DNA of 64,000 nt from Mytilus trossulus (taxonomy: Eukaryota): contig NC_086375.1 of assembly GCF_036588685.1 (NCBI RefSeq), positions 1,116,001-1,180,000 of the forward strand, read 5' to 3'. Shown here one piece after another: positions 1 through 11,149 of this stretch. The notes below the pieces were generated by a model that made no database searches, had not been told where the DNA came from, and saw only the letters and a program-made list of their open reading frames with translations. The first letter of the stretch is position 1; each line of letters opens with the position of its first letter. Made by a program: the position numbers and the translations under genes.

Positions 1-774
1 TCAAATTCTCTCAAACTGTGAAGTTTTTATAATCCTTTAGTTATATTTTCATGAGGGAGGACAACATATAAACTTTAAATTTCGTAAGAATGTTTGTGGT
101 TTACTTTTTAAATTGTTATTTGGATGGAGAGTTGTCTCATTGGCACTCACACCACATCTTCCTATATCTAGTCTATTTTTGGACATTTTGTTTGATAATC
201 GGGATCCTTGGGTTCATCCATCTGGTCCTATAAAACAATTTTCCCCACTGACCCCTTCTATGGGTTTTATAATTTAGCAAATTTTATGGAAAGCTGGTTA
301 TTTTTAAACAGAGTATCCAACATCCATACCCTAACAATTTAATCCTCTCTTTCTGGGTTAACTTTATATTCAAAATATTGCATCAAGGTCTCTGCACAAA
401 GAATTTCCATGAATATTCAATTAATCAACCCACAATACAAGATCTAAATATTTTTTGTGTATTCTAATAAACATCGTTAAGGACGCTGACATTTATACAT
501 AATTACTCTGAAGATGGCACTTGTCACATCCAAAGTGTTTCCTGAGAGATAAACTTGTTGTGTGTCATCAGACGACCTTGAACTTTGTATATGATACTGT
601 ATACATGATTTATAACATTGTATAAGTGATGACTGATAAAACTATATTATGATTTCTCATTAAAATATAAAAATAAAATCCACTGTACACATGGGGCTCT
701 GGTGGATACCACTTTAAGTTATAAGGTCATGTTTAAAATTGCCTCAGGTCACAAGGTCACAGTAATGCAAACTA

Positions 775-880
775 TTTCTTGCTACATTGAAGACCTGTTG
801 GTGACCTTCTGCTGTTGTTTTTTTACATGGTCGGGTTGTTGTCTCTTTGACACGTTCCCCATTTCCATTCTCAATTTTAT
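775..880 (+). repeat. Interspersed repeat family B copy
   Basis: CATTGAAGACCTGTTGGTGACCTTCTGCTGTTG...CCCCATTTCCATTCTCAATTTTA, shared with 6453-6589. Confidence 0.85.
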
Positions 881-1045
881 TCATAAAATGATCTGATTCT
901 CAGTTTAAAAAATTTATAAAGTTCACAAAAAGGATTGACTTGCATCTGTGAGTAATCGTGGTGACAACCTAATAATTTTGTTGTTTATGAAATTTATTTA
1001 CAGATATTTCAATATTCAAGTGATGATGGAAGTTTTAAACGAACT

Positions 1046-1226
1046 TATAAAAAAGAAGATGTTGTATGATTGCCAATGAGACAACTATCCACAAAAGACC
1101 AAAATAACACAAACATTAACAACTATAGATCACCATACGGCCTTCAACAATGAGCAAAGCCCATACAGCATAGTCAGCTATAAAAGGCCCCTATAAGAAA
1201 ATATAAAACAATTCAAACAAAAAACT
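1046..1226 (-). repeat. Interspersed repeat family A copy (abundant, probably a non-autonomous retroposon)
   Basis: AAGAAGATGT(G)GTATGATTGCCAATGAGACAACTATCCACAAAAGACCAAAAT...CATAGTCAGCTATAAAAGGCCC, matching many other copies in the window. Strand assumes the shared end is the 3' end. Confidence 0.9.
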
Positions 1227-1312
1227 GGGTAAACAGCATTAGAAGGGTCGGTTAAAATATTCAGAAATTTTGAAATATGATTTGAAAGTTTCTATGTTTA
1301 CATATTTTACAG

Positions 1313-1831
1313 GGTGCCAGTGGGAGACTATTTGACAAAAATGAGATGAACACATGGAGAGAAGATATACAGTTTGTGAAAATTGTGATGAAATATCTTA
1401 TACAAATTATTCTATCATGCAATACATCATCCATAGCAGGAATTGATAATCATTTCTCAAAAACTGAAAATGCAGTCACCAAGGGAGATAATTCAACCAT
1501 GAACAATGAAAGTAAGGGAGATAATTTGAGAACTGACAGAGAGAAATTACTTCACCTACAGACAGAGCTAATGGACAAGTTTCCAGTTGGTCAAAAGTTT
1601 AATTTAGAACCAATAACATCTGACCAATCAGAGAGATGGTCAACAATTCTTGATAGTTTATATAGTCATTTGACTTTAGTTTTAAAAGAAGACCTGGCAT
1701 CTTCAGGACCATTTAAAGATGTCAACAAATATATACATTGTAGTATCAATAAGTTAAAAGTAGACTTGGTAATTCAGCTATGTCAATGTTTGTCTGATTC
1801 TAGGATAAATTCTTTGCTTCAGGGGAAATAG
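1313..1831 (+). CDS. THADA: Terminal coding exon of a probable THADA orthologue (tRNA 32-2'-O-methyltransferase regulator, Trm732-like); upstream exons lie outside the window
   Basis: Acceptor tttacatattttacAG ends at 1312. The frame from 1313 (GASGRLFDKNEMNTWREDIQFVKIVMKYL...) is continuous with ORF 1346-1831 to TAG. LFDKNEMNTWREDIQFVKIVMKYL aligns ungapped with the recalled human THADA C-terminal segment LFEKAEVNFWAETLIFVKYLCKHL. AATAAA at 1842-1847. Confidence 0.68.
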   Translation, partial: GASGRLFDKNEMNTWREDIQFVKIVMKYLIQIILSCNTSSIAGIDNHFSKTENAVTKGDNSTMNNESKGDNLRTDREKLLHLQTELMDKFPVGQKFNLEPITSDQSERWSTILDSLYSHLTLVLKEDLASSGPFKDVNKYIHCSINKLKVDLVIQLCQCLSDSRINSLLQGK

Positions 1832-1855
1832 TAGATAGAGAAATAAAATATGCAA

Positions 1856-2145
1856 GCCACACAAATTTGAGTTTTAGTACTTTTGTAAAAAGACGCACAA
1901 GGGTTAACATCAATTAATATGTTTTCTGTAAACTATTTCATTTTTATTGGGGGAATCTGTTTTTAGAAGCAAAACTATTTTAAAAATATAATTTTATTGG
2001 TGAAGGTTAATATTGTTTTATTTGTAAAATATATGCTGCATTTTGTTATTTTATCTGCTGATACATTTTAGTTTTCTATTGATAAATTCTTCCCCAAAAA
2101 ATTTTGCATGTGATATGAAGGAACTAAAATTTGAGTTTGTGTGGC
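1856..2145. mobile_element. MITE remnant with 28-bp imperfect TIRs, just 3' of the THADA-like stop
   Basis: GCCACACAAATTTGAGTTTTAGTACTTT (1856-1883) versus AAGGAACTAAAATTTGAGTTTGTGTGGC (2118-2145); a similar end AGGCCACACCGATTT occurs at about 10230. Confidence 0.6.
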
Positions 2146-2194
2146 CTCATTTAAAAATGATATAACTCCTTATTTGCATTTATTTCTATGTAAT

Positions 2195-2337
2195 TAGATA
2201 TAGTAAGATGTGGTGTAAGTGCCAATGAGAGACAAGTATCCACAAAATACCAAAATGACACAGACATTAACAACTATAGGTCACCATACTGCCTTCAATA
2301 ATGTGCAAAGCCCATACTCCATAGTCAGCTATAAAAG
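2195..2337 (-). repeat. Family A copy
   Basis: Same consensus as 1046-1226. Confidence 0.85.
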
Positions 2338-3303
2338 TCTATGAATGGTATTGATACATGAGAGACATGTCTGCCTTGGGTGAATTCAAGTTAAAAGACA
2401 AATATGAAAACCCAGCCACATCATTTTGAAACCATCTTAAAGACTAGATTCAATGAATCAACCTTGTTATAATTTGCTTGGAAAATAATTCATGGTCACC
2501 TTTGGATTAGGGTTACAGAATGGAAATTATGAAAAAAAGGTTAGAGAAAAATTTGGGGAATAAAGAATGGAAAATAATGGGGTACTATAAAACAAAAGAA
2601 AATAGAAAATGGGCAAGAAAATTTTAAGAAAAGAAAACAACAACCAAAATATCAAAAAGTACAGGAATGAAGACAGCCCCCCTTTTTATCATCAAGACAC
2701 TAATATATGTAACAATACAACACTTTGAAACATAGAAAGTGATCTAATCAGCATGTGATATACTGCATAAAATGGAGGTTCTAAATCCCCATTGATGATG
2801 AAGTGTTAACTTGCTGTGGATTTATTATAATTAGTTGGACCAATTTGATGGTTGCAATGTAGCAAGCTAGTCTATAGTTTCAGAGGTAGTTCTGTTTGAT
2901 CCCAAACCAGATCACAAAAAAATAAAATAAATGGTATTTGCTACTTCTCCACCATGTATTAGAAGTTTGAGCAATAACTAGTGAACTTGTGTACCCTGGA
3001 AAAGTTGCTGATTTTTCTTTTCCATTCTCTTACTTAAGTTTCTTCAACTTCATGTTATGAACTATTACACAATGCTTATAAGCACAAACTCGGATCAAGT
3101 ACAACTATGTGTAAAGTCACTTTTACAGTTCTTTTATATATATCCTTTTATAACGTTATATGCAAGCAGGGTCATAATATATGACTCATGGAAACATTAC
3201 TCATTTATTTGTGTGTTATTTTACTGTCACAAATGGTGTTTAAACTATGCTGTGTTTGCACAGCACAGTTCTCAAAGGCAGACTGAGTGTTCACAGGGAT
3301 CAA

Positions 3304-3402
3304 AAGGGTGGTACAGTGACCTATAGTTGTTAATGTCTGTCATTTTGGTCTTTTGTGGATAGTTGTCTCATTTGCAATCATACCCCATCTTCTTTTTTAT
3401 AT
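3304..3402 (+). repeat. Family A copy (truncated)
   Basis: GTGACCTATAGTTGTTAATG...GTTGTCTCATT...CATCTTCTTTTTTATAT. Confidence 0.85.
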
Positions 3403-4638
3403 TAACTCATCAAATCAATTTAAAGCACACACAAAATCTTAAGAAAAGCACAAAAGACACAATCTACAGATCTGAGAGTAATCACAGTTACTGAAAGCAA
3501 AGTCGAAGCAAATAAGAACTAATTAAAAAATCACATATTTCTTGGACTAAATTATCAATCAGTAAGCAACCAACATCCAATGGATTTAGTGTAAAGTTGT
3601 TATTACAGTTATAAGAAAAACATGGCCCTGTGTCATGGCGAAATTAGATATTAATAGATGGAAGGACTGTGAAAAACAATAATATTTAGAAGGTTCTTAA
3701 TTTATTGACATTTTGTAATAATTAAAAAAAAAATAATTCAACAATTTGCATATGCTTTATTATAAATGTTAATGATAAGTTCTTTGGTAATTTTTACGGA
3801 ACAAGTTGAAACCACTGAAGATAATTTATGCTTTCCATAGAAATTGAAAGTGAGCAAGAGGAGATGGTTAATACTAGATCCAGAATTTCAAAATCAAACC
3901 ATGACGGATTTTCTTGCAACAATTGAGATTCGAAATTACAGAAAGCTGGTACCAATAGAGTCGGATATGCATACAGAAAATAACTGTTGGCATTTCGTCA
4001 TATATACTTGAAGATGCCTCTTATTGATATCTGTTCTGTACTAGTACTTACTATATAAAAAAATAGAGTCAAGTCAGAAACCTTGTCAGAATTTGTCTTA
4101 TGTCATATCCTTAATGTTATTTTGTCATTTGGAGAGTTTGGTATCGATGGCAGATCTTTGATTGGTTCTGCTTAATGTATAAACTGATATTTTGTTTTAT
4201 TAAGAACAAAGAGTACATATAGCTTGTCGTGTTGTATCGACTCTTGTCTATTGGCAAAGGCTGTAGTTTGTCCTCTTAGTGTAACATAATTTTTGCTGTT
4301 TTCCCTACATCTGCTTTTTCATACTGCACAATATATATGAAGGTTTTCAATTTGATTCATATATTTGGCAGTTATGATATTGACAAGTCACTCACAGACT
4401 TTAAATCAAAACGACGAAATGAGAGAAACAAACAGTATTCTAGATCTTTACTTGCCGCCAACAAAGGTTTCAATGCTAGCTAGTGGGGCAATATCCTTCA
4501 CCATAACTCAGCAATATCGATATTAATAATATCCCCCTACTCCAAAGATAGTTTATTTCTATGATCTTGCATACTTATTGCAAATTTTCAACTGCAAACA
4601 GATCATATTTCAGAAATTGCAATTTTTCTCTATTCAAA

Positions 4639-6185
4639 TTTTTTATACGACCGCAAAATAATTTTTTGGTCGTTATTGGTATCACGTTGGCGTCGTCGTC
4701 GTCCGAATACTTTTAGTTTTCGCACTATAACTTTAGTTTAAGTGAATAGAAATCAATAAAATTTAAAGACAAGGTTAATGAACACAAAAGGAAGGTTGGG
4801 ATTGATTTTGGGAGTTTTGGTCCCAACAGTTTGGAAATAAGGGCCCAAAGGGTCCAAAACTAAACTTTTTGTTTGATTTCATCAAAAATTGAATAATTGG
4901 TGTTCATTGATATGCCGAATCTAACTGTGTATGTAGATTCTTAATTTTTGGTCCCGCTTTCAAATTTGTCTAAAAGGGTCCAAAATTAAACTTAGTTTGA
5001 TTTTAACAAAAATTGAATCCTTGAGGTTCGTTGATATGCTAAATCTAAAAATGTACTTAGATTTTTTATTATTGACCCAGTTTTCAAGTCAGTCCAAATT
5101 GGGGTCTGAAATTAACTTTGTTTGATTTCATCAAAAATTGAATAATTGGGGTTCTTTGATATGCCAAATCTAAATGTGTATGTAGATTCTTTAATTTTGG
5201 TCCTGTTTTTTAAATTGGTCTACATTAAGGTCCAAAGGGTCCAAAATTAAACTAAGTTTGATTTTAACAAAAATTAAATTCTTGGGCTTCTTTGAAATGC
5301 TGAATCTAAACATGTACTTAGATTTTTGATAATGGACCCAGTTTTCAAGTTGGTCCAAATCAGGATTCAAAATTATTATATTAAGTATTGTGCAATAGCA
5401 ATAAATTTTCAATTGCACAGTATTCAGCAATAGCAAGAAATCTTCAATTGTACAGTATTGTGCAATAGCAAGAAATTTTCAATTGCACAGTATTGTTCAA
5501 TAGCAAGAAATCTTCAATTGCATAGTATTGTGCAATAGCAAGTATTTTCAATTGCACAGTATTGCGCAATAGCAAGAAATATCTAATTGCACAATATTGT
5601 GCAATAGCAAGAAATTTTCAATTGGAGTTCTTTCTTTGTCCAGAACAGTATTTGAATCAACTTAAAACAATATACAATGTATTTTCACTTTTACTACCAA
5701 CTGATAACTGATATCATAAATTAAAACAATCTTTACCATTCAGTGATAACAAGCACTTTTTTTTACATTTTAATATTTTATGATGTACTTAAATGAGCAG
5801 TTATTGTTGCAAACTCTATTAGAAATTTGAATTAAGATCAGTTTTGGAATAAGGGAAAGGGGGATTTGAAGAAAAAAATTAATGGGGGGAGGTCAATTTT
5901 TTTCTCATTTCAGATTTCATACATAAAAAGAAAATTTCTTCAAACATTTTTTTTGAGAGGATTAATATTAAACAGCATATAGTGAATTGCTCAAGGGCAA
6001 AAAAACATTTTAAGTTCATTAGATCACATTCATTTTGTGTCAGAAACCTATGCTGTGTCAACTATTTAATCACAATCCAAATTTAGAGCTGAATCCAGCT
6101 TGAATGTTGTGTCCATACTTGCCCCAACTGTTCAGGGTTCAACCTCTGCGGTCGTATACATATGCGCACTGTGGAGCATCTGGTT
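4639..6185 (+). mobile_element. Non-autonomous Helentron/HINE (DINE-1/pearl-like) element with internal tandem arrays
   Basis: Perfect 12-bp subterminal IR TATACGACCGCA (4644-4655) / TGCGGTCGTATA (6147-6158); partial inverted copy at about 4662-4675; (GTC)n microsatellite near 4692-4702; imperfect 3' hairpin 6160-6180; T-rich ends; internal ~250-bp and 35-bp tandem repeats. Confidence 0.8.
5386..5624. repeat. 35-bp tandem array (about 6.5-7 units) with a palindromic core, inside the HINE
   Basis: Unit AATTGCACAGTATTGTGCAATAGCAAGAAATTTTC; ATTGCACA-GTAT-TGTGCAAT is self-complementary. Confidence 0.9.
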
Positions 6186-6452
6186 ATGTCATAATGTTCT
6201 CTTCTCTATATTTTATCAGAAAGCCCATGTGTTACATAATCATACTGAACTCAAGTACCGGTATGTCTTAATGATGTATCTACACGATCTTATTATATCC
6301 TAAAATTTAAGGAGATTGCCAAATGCGGTTTATTAAAGTTTATAAGATTATGTGTATTACCCACGCTAACATCTTGACCATCGAATACAATATCTATATA
6401 TACGTCAGTACTTATGAACTCAAGTTTTAATATGTACATGTACAAATAACGC

Positions 6453-6589
6453 CGAAGGACGCCTCCGGGTGCGGGAATTTCTCGTTACATTGAAGACCTG
6501 TTGCCTGTTGGTGACCTTCTGCTGTTGCTTTTTTTCTATGGTCGGGTTGTTGTCTCTTTGATACATTCCCCATTTCCATTCTCAATTTT
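6453..6589 (+). mobile_element. Short retroposon copy (family B) flanked by a perfect 15-bp target-site duplication
   Basis: ATGTACAAATAACGC at 6438-6452 and 6590-6604. The body is near-identical to 775-880 and similar to 55958-56075. Confidence 0.85.
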
Positions 6590-6759
6590 ATGTACAAATA
6601 ACGCGAAAATAACTTAAGATCGTTGAATTTTAGGTGGATAGGGGGTAGCAAAATGCAAAACCGTACCGTTTCCAATGGACCATGCAGTGTCCAAAATAAA
6701 GAGCCAGGAAATACCCAAATGAAAAATGAAATTTTAAGGTTGAAGACTGACAACAGTCT

Positions 6760-6985
6760 ACATAGATAGCACTGCGCAAAAAAACTAACTAACAACACGA
6801 GCCCCATCCTAAAGTAGGGGTGATCGCAGTTGCTCTGGAAGGGTAAACTTATCCTGCTCCGCTCGTGGTCGTGGTACATGTCGTCATGTGGATCATGAAC
6901 GGTGTTGTCATTAACGAGGAACAGAAATAGAGACTTTGTCTACAAATGGAGAGCGTATCCGTGGCGATCTGTGACTCAGTCATTA
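6760..6985 (-). mobile_element. Decayed Penelope-like/retroelement-derived repeat (family C); related fragments at 15000-15080, 52240-52345 and 62250-62320
   Basis: ...CAACACGAGCCCC...GGGGTGATCGCAGTTGCTCTGGAAGGGTAA...TCCTGCTCC, similar to ...TCAGGTGCTCCGGAGGGGTTA at 52310. Classification is from recall only. Confidence 0.45.
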
Positions 6986-7029
6986 CAAAAATAAGATTGC
7001 TAGACACGTAATAATGTTATGCTTTCCTG

Positions 7030-7150
7030 ATACTGTTGTAATTTAAATATTAAACAAAGGAGACACCGTGGATTATCCCTACAGAAAAATGTATAGACCC
7101 TTGCAAAAAAGATGTGGAAGATAAAATTCATTTTGCGATAACATGTCCCA
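7030..7150 (+). pseudogene. Decayed LINE ORF2 C-terminal zinc-knuckle fragment
   Basis: Frameshifted translation NLNIKQRRHRG...CKKDVEDKIHFAITCP resembles the L-x-IETGR...C-x2-C...VEDEFHF-x3-CP end of non-LTR retrotransposon ORF2. Confidence 0.55.
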
Positions 7151-7793
7151 TTAAAGAAAAAGGCATAGAACTATACTAGTCCCATCAATTAAAAGCTTGA
7201 CTGGAGAAGACAAATTATATCTATACATTTATATTTACATCTTACAAATATGACATAACTAGAATTATGTTTTAATGGGTTATTGAACTATATATACTTA
7301 GAAAAAAAGTTAAAACGTTGTATAAGTTTACTACAACACTGTTACGTGTATACATTTTTTATGTTTCTTGTGGTTTCTTTTTTTTTTACATATAAATATG
7401 AATATTTACGGTAATACTTGATCATACATGTACATATTTTCATCATAAACTTGCCAAGAGTATCACCTTCTATATTTAATATATCATAAACATATCATTT
7501 TATGCATTATATATATTCTTATTACATAGTCGAATGTTTCACTTTCTTTGATGTTTTTTAGTAATAAATTCTATGTTTACGTAACAATCCTGCATTTGGA
7601 TGTGCTAACCTAATAAATTACTTGGCTATAAGCATCCATCATTAGCCAGATCAATAGATGCTTAAAACAGAAATAAGTCTGGAATATAATTCGATACTTT
7701 TTTCCTTTGCCAAAAAAAGGCAGATAACTGGGCAATGCTTTAATGATTGCAAATATTGTCTGTCTTGTTTATCTTCAAATTTCAACAAGCTTT

Positions 7794-8077
7794 GCTTGTC
7801 CCAAGTCAGGAGCCTGTAATTCAGTGGTTGTCGTTTGTTTATGTGTTACATATTTGTTTTTCGTTCATTTTTTCATATATTAATCAGGTCGTTAGTTTTC
7901 TCGTTTGAATTGTTTTATATTGTCTTATCAGGGCCTTTTATAGCTGACTATGCGGTATGGGCTCTGCTCATTTTTGAAGACCGTACGGTGACCTATAGTT
8001 GTTAATGTCTGTGTCATTTTTGGTCTCTTGTGGACAGTTGTCTCATCGGCAATCATACCACATCTTCTTTTTTATAT
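7794..8077 (+). repeat. Family A copy (longest in the window)
   Basis: GTCCCAAGTCAGGAGCCTG...GACCTATAGTTGTTAATG...ACCACATCTTCTTTTTTATAT. Confidence 0.9.
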
Positions 8078-9409
8078 TTGACTGCATCAGGGTTTAGATG
8101 AGGTTTTGTAGTCCAGAAAAGTGACGTATGGGTAATACGTGAAAAATAAAGGAACAAAGAAAAAAGCGGTAATTAGGTTGCTAAAATGATATCAATATCA
8201 AAGATAAAGAAACGAAAGAATTCGTTCGCATTGAACTGGTATCCTATTCCGGTCTGAGTAACCGTTGCCGAAGAGGTGATCTTTCCGATCTATTTATAAA
8301 CGGGGGTTAATTTGAAGTTGTTACCTTTAATTTGAGTCGGCGGACAGCTTCGTCGTTATTTTTAAGTACATCTTCAAAGGGAACAATTAGTTGTATTATT
8401 ATTAATCGCATAATTGTCTTAAGTACTTGAACTTTTACTTCCGTACAGGTTGCATACTTGAGAAAATCCATGATCAAAAACTTAATAAATTGGCTTAGTA
8501 AATTTCCTGTTAAAGATACTTGTAATTCTGTTTATAGATGTACTTAGAACATGTCATTAAGTATCATCTTTTTCTTTTCGGTTTGATTAAATATTACTTA
8601 ATAGTTTACACAAAGTATAACCCGCTAACACTTTACATGTATTACACATTCCCAAACAAAGTGGTGTATTTACAAAGCGTATAACCTGCTTAACACTTTA
8701 CATGTATTTACCTTGTATTTACAACACAGTCGCATTAAAATAGTGTAATATGTGTTTACTTTTATATGATAAGTATGGTTTAAGAAACTTGAGTGTAATT
8801 CTTACGTTTGAAGAATCTGTGAACGGAATTTGCACAACTTCTAACGGTTGTTTACTCTAGAATTAGCTTAGACGATTCTTAGAACGCAAATAGACATCGA
8901 ATTGTCAAATTTTTGTTGCAATACTCGAAAATATGGACAAAAAGTTGTGATATCCTAATCTTAGGCGGAACTTCCTTTTCGCACAATAAATCTCGTCATT
9001 GCAAACAAAAAATTAGTATATTCAACCTTTTATTGTAAGCTTAGTTAATCTTTGTAAATTCCCAAAAAACTGTTGTCTGCTGAAACGGCAGCAATTATGG
9101 TATATTTCAAAAGTTTCTTTGTCGCGCCAAGGTTGTCATATGTAATAATAACAATTACCACACAAATTTAAAACAATTATGACATCTTTGTTAAAAGTTA
9201 AGAGAAAAAACAACAAAAATATAACTTTTTTTTAAAATTCGACTGAAAGAGTGACAGATTGTAATACTATATCTATCTATTTGTTTATTATTGATTTTAG
9301 TGATATCATGATTATACCTTTTGATTTGTTTATATCTACCTGTATTCGTCACCCATGTCATGTACTGGACAAGATAGAAATTCCATGACATCCTTTGTTT
9401 ACAAAAAAA

Positions 9410-9700
9410 TACAAAACCCAGATGACCAAAGTTCGATATTATCTTTTTATCATACTAGTACTACCTGTGGCTCTAATCGCTCGCCATTGTCAATACAAAT
9501 TGGAAATAACGCTATCACACTGATATTGAACAGTAGCGGTGATAACGGATCTCCCTGTTGCACTACGTTCATTGATTTTATCATACGACGTGAGGTATCT
9601 ATCGACATGTCATAATATCAATTAGATGTCAAATTAATATCGCCAATTTTTAAATGATTTTGTTTCTATAACAATAATTTGGGTCGTATATTATTGCAAA
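9410..9700 (-). pseudogene. Decayed LINE reverse-transcriptase fragment
   Basis: The minus strand of 9522-9569 translates NVVQQGDPLSPLLFNI, the non-LTR RT motif (GVxQGDPLSPLLFN). The flanks carry stops, and a degenerate YADD-position segment (KDNIELWS) follows. Confidence 0.65.
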
Positions 9701-10921
9701 TTATCCCATTAATATTAAATAGATTCTCTGGATGGTGGGGTGCATTAGTGACACGCGATACAACGTATCTGGGTGCATGAAATTGAGAATCTGCATTTTG
9801 TTGCTGCCAAGCAGATCCCGTGTTCAACGGACCATAAAAGTACTGTATTGACATATAGTACTGTCGATATTCATAGTAACCTACAAAATAAATAATTGAA
9901 GCAAGGATGTGTATAGTAAGACTATTCAAATCCTTGATTGTATTATAATATTTCCATGGATAAATACACATTGTTTTTCTTGCCATGGTTGATCGACATA
10001 TAATAGTTTTAGGCAATACGGCTAATGATATTATTATGTGTACGCAAATATATACATTATTCAAAAGACTTATTTCACCTCAATGAAAGAGGCTATCCAA
10101 ATGAACAGTCCCCACGTGTAATGGTGTCCGAAAACATGTTATTGCGGGTAATTTCATTTCACATAGTAAAAAAAAAAAATTGTATAAAATTAGCCGATTT
10201 TGGGGGAATAATGTTCAAACTTGATTCTAGGCCACACCGATTTCATATTTGATTTTAGATTTTGTTATTAATATTTGTACATGATTATTTTTTTTTAAAA
10301 GAGGTCGAAGTTAAGTGTATTCATTAAAGTTACTTACTTTCTTTTCATGTGACAGTGCATACAATGAAAGTGGGTTTAAGTATATAGAACTTGAATGTAG
10401 AAAACACACAATTAAAAAAAATATCAATATATCATCAAGGAATTGTATATTTGAATTCCTTGATATCATGCACTGAAAACTACCTCGTATCCACATAAAA
10501 AAATATATAAGGTAAGAAAACAAACAAGTAAACAACGGAGACTTATTAGCTTCACACAAATGAAATTTCATAACAAATAAATTGTTCTATCTCGAAGTAA
10601 CACTGCGCATCAATGCAAAATAAATATGAAACTAGTAGAACGTTTATCTGAAAAACTTTGATTCGAAATATAATTAAAAAAAAAATAATAATAACATGTA
10701 ATTTAGTTAAGCTCCAAGCACATACGTATAAGTGCCGGAAAGATATTTTTCAAATAGACCGATCATGTTAAAAAAAAAATTATATGTAGGTCGTAGAAGA
10801 AATTGTAATTCATCAAGGGCATCCTTACAACGTTCGCTGCTTCCAAATAATAATTTCACAAATTGTTCAGACAAGTGTGAACGTTGTTGACTAACCTCAG
10901 GGCATATCACTTGTATTATAT

Positions 10922-11124
10922 TGTCATCCAGTTACTCTTAAAGTAAAATAACGTTTTTTTTAAAACACAAATTGTTTTCCCAATACGAATATACCAACAA
11001 TCTGTATGGATAACCATGGAAGTATTACAGTGTCATCCAGTTACTCTTAAAGTAAAATAACAAATTTTTTTACAGCACAAATTGTTTTCCCAATACGAAT
11101 ATACCTACAATCTGTGTGGTTAAC
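10922..11124. repeat. Tandem duplication, period 109 bp
   Basis: TGTCATCCAGTTACTCTTAAAGTAAAATAAC...CCCAATACGAATATACC at 10922 and 11031. Confidence 0.9.
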
Positions 11125-11149
11125 TGATATATCTGAAGATTTAAATTTA

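Noticed and set aside
1004-1070. Possible extra exon after tttatttacAG at 1003
   Set aside because: Runs into a family A repeat and stop codons; no convincing donor or THADA similarity.
5386-5624. CRISPR-like array (35-bp palindromic repeats)
   Set aside because: The units are contiguous with no unique spacers, there are no cas genes, and the array sits in a eukaryotic transposon.
6427-6879. 150-aa minus-strand ORF
   Set aside because: Spans family B and family C repeats; a chance read-through.
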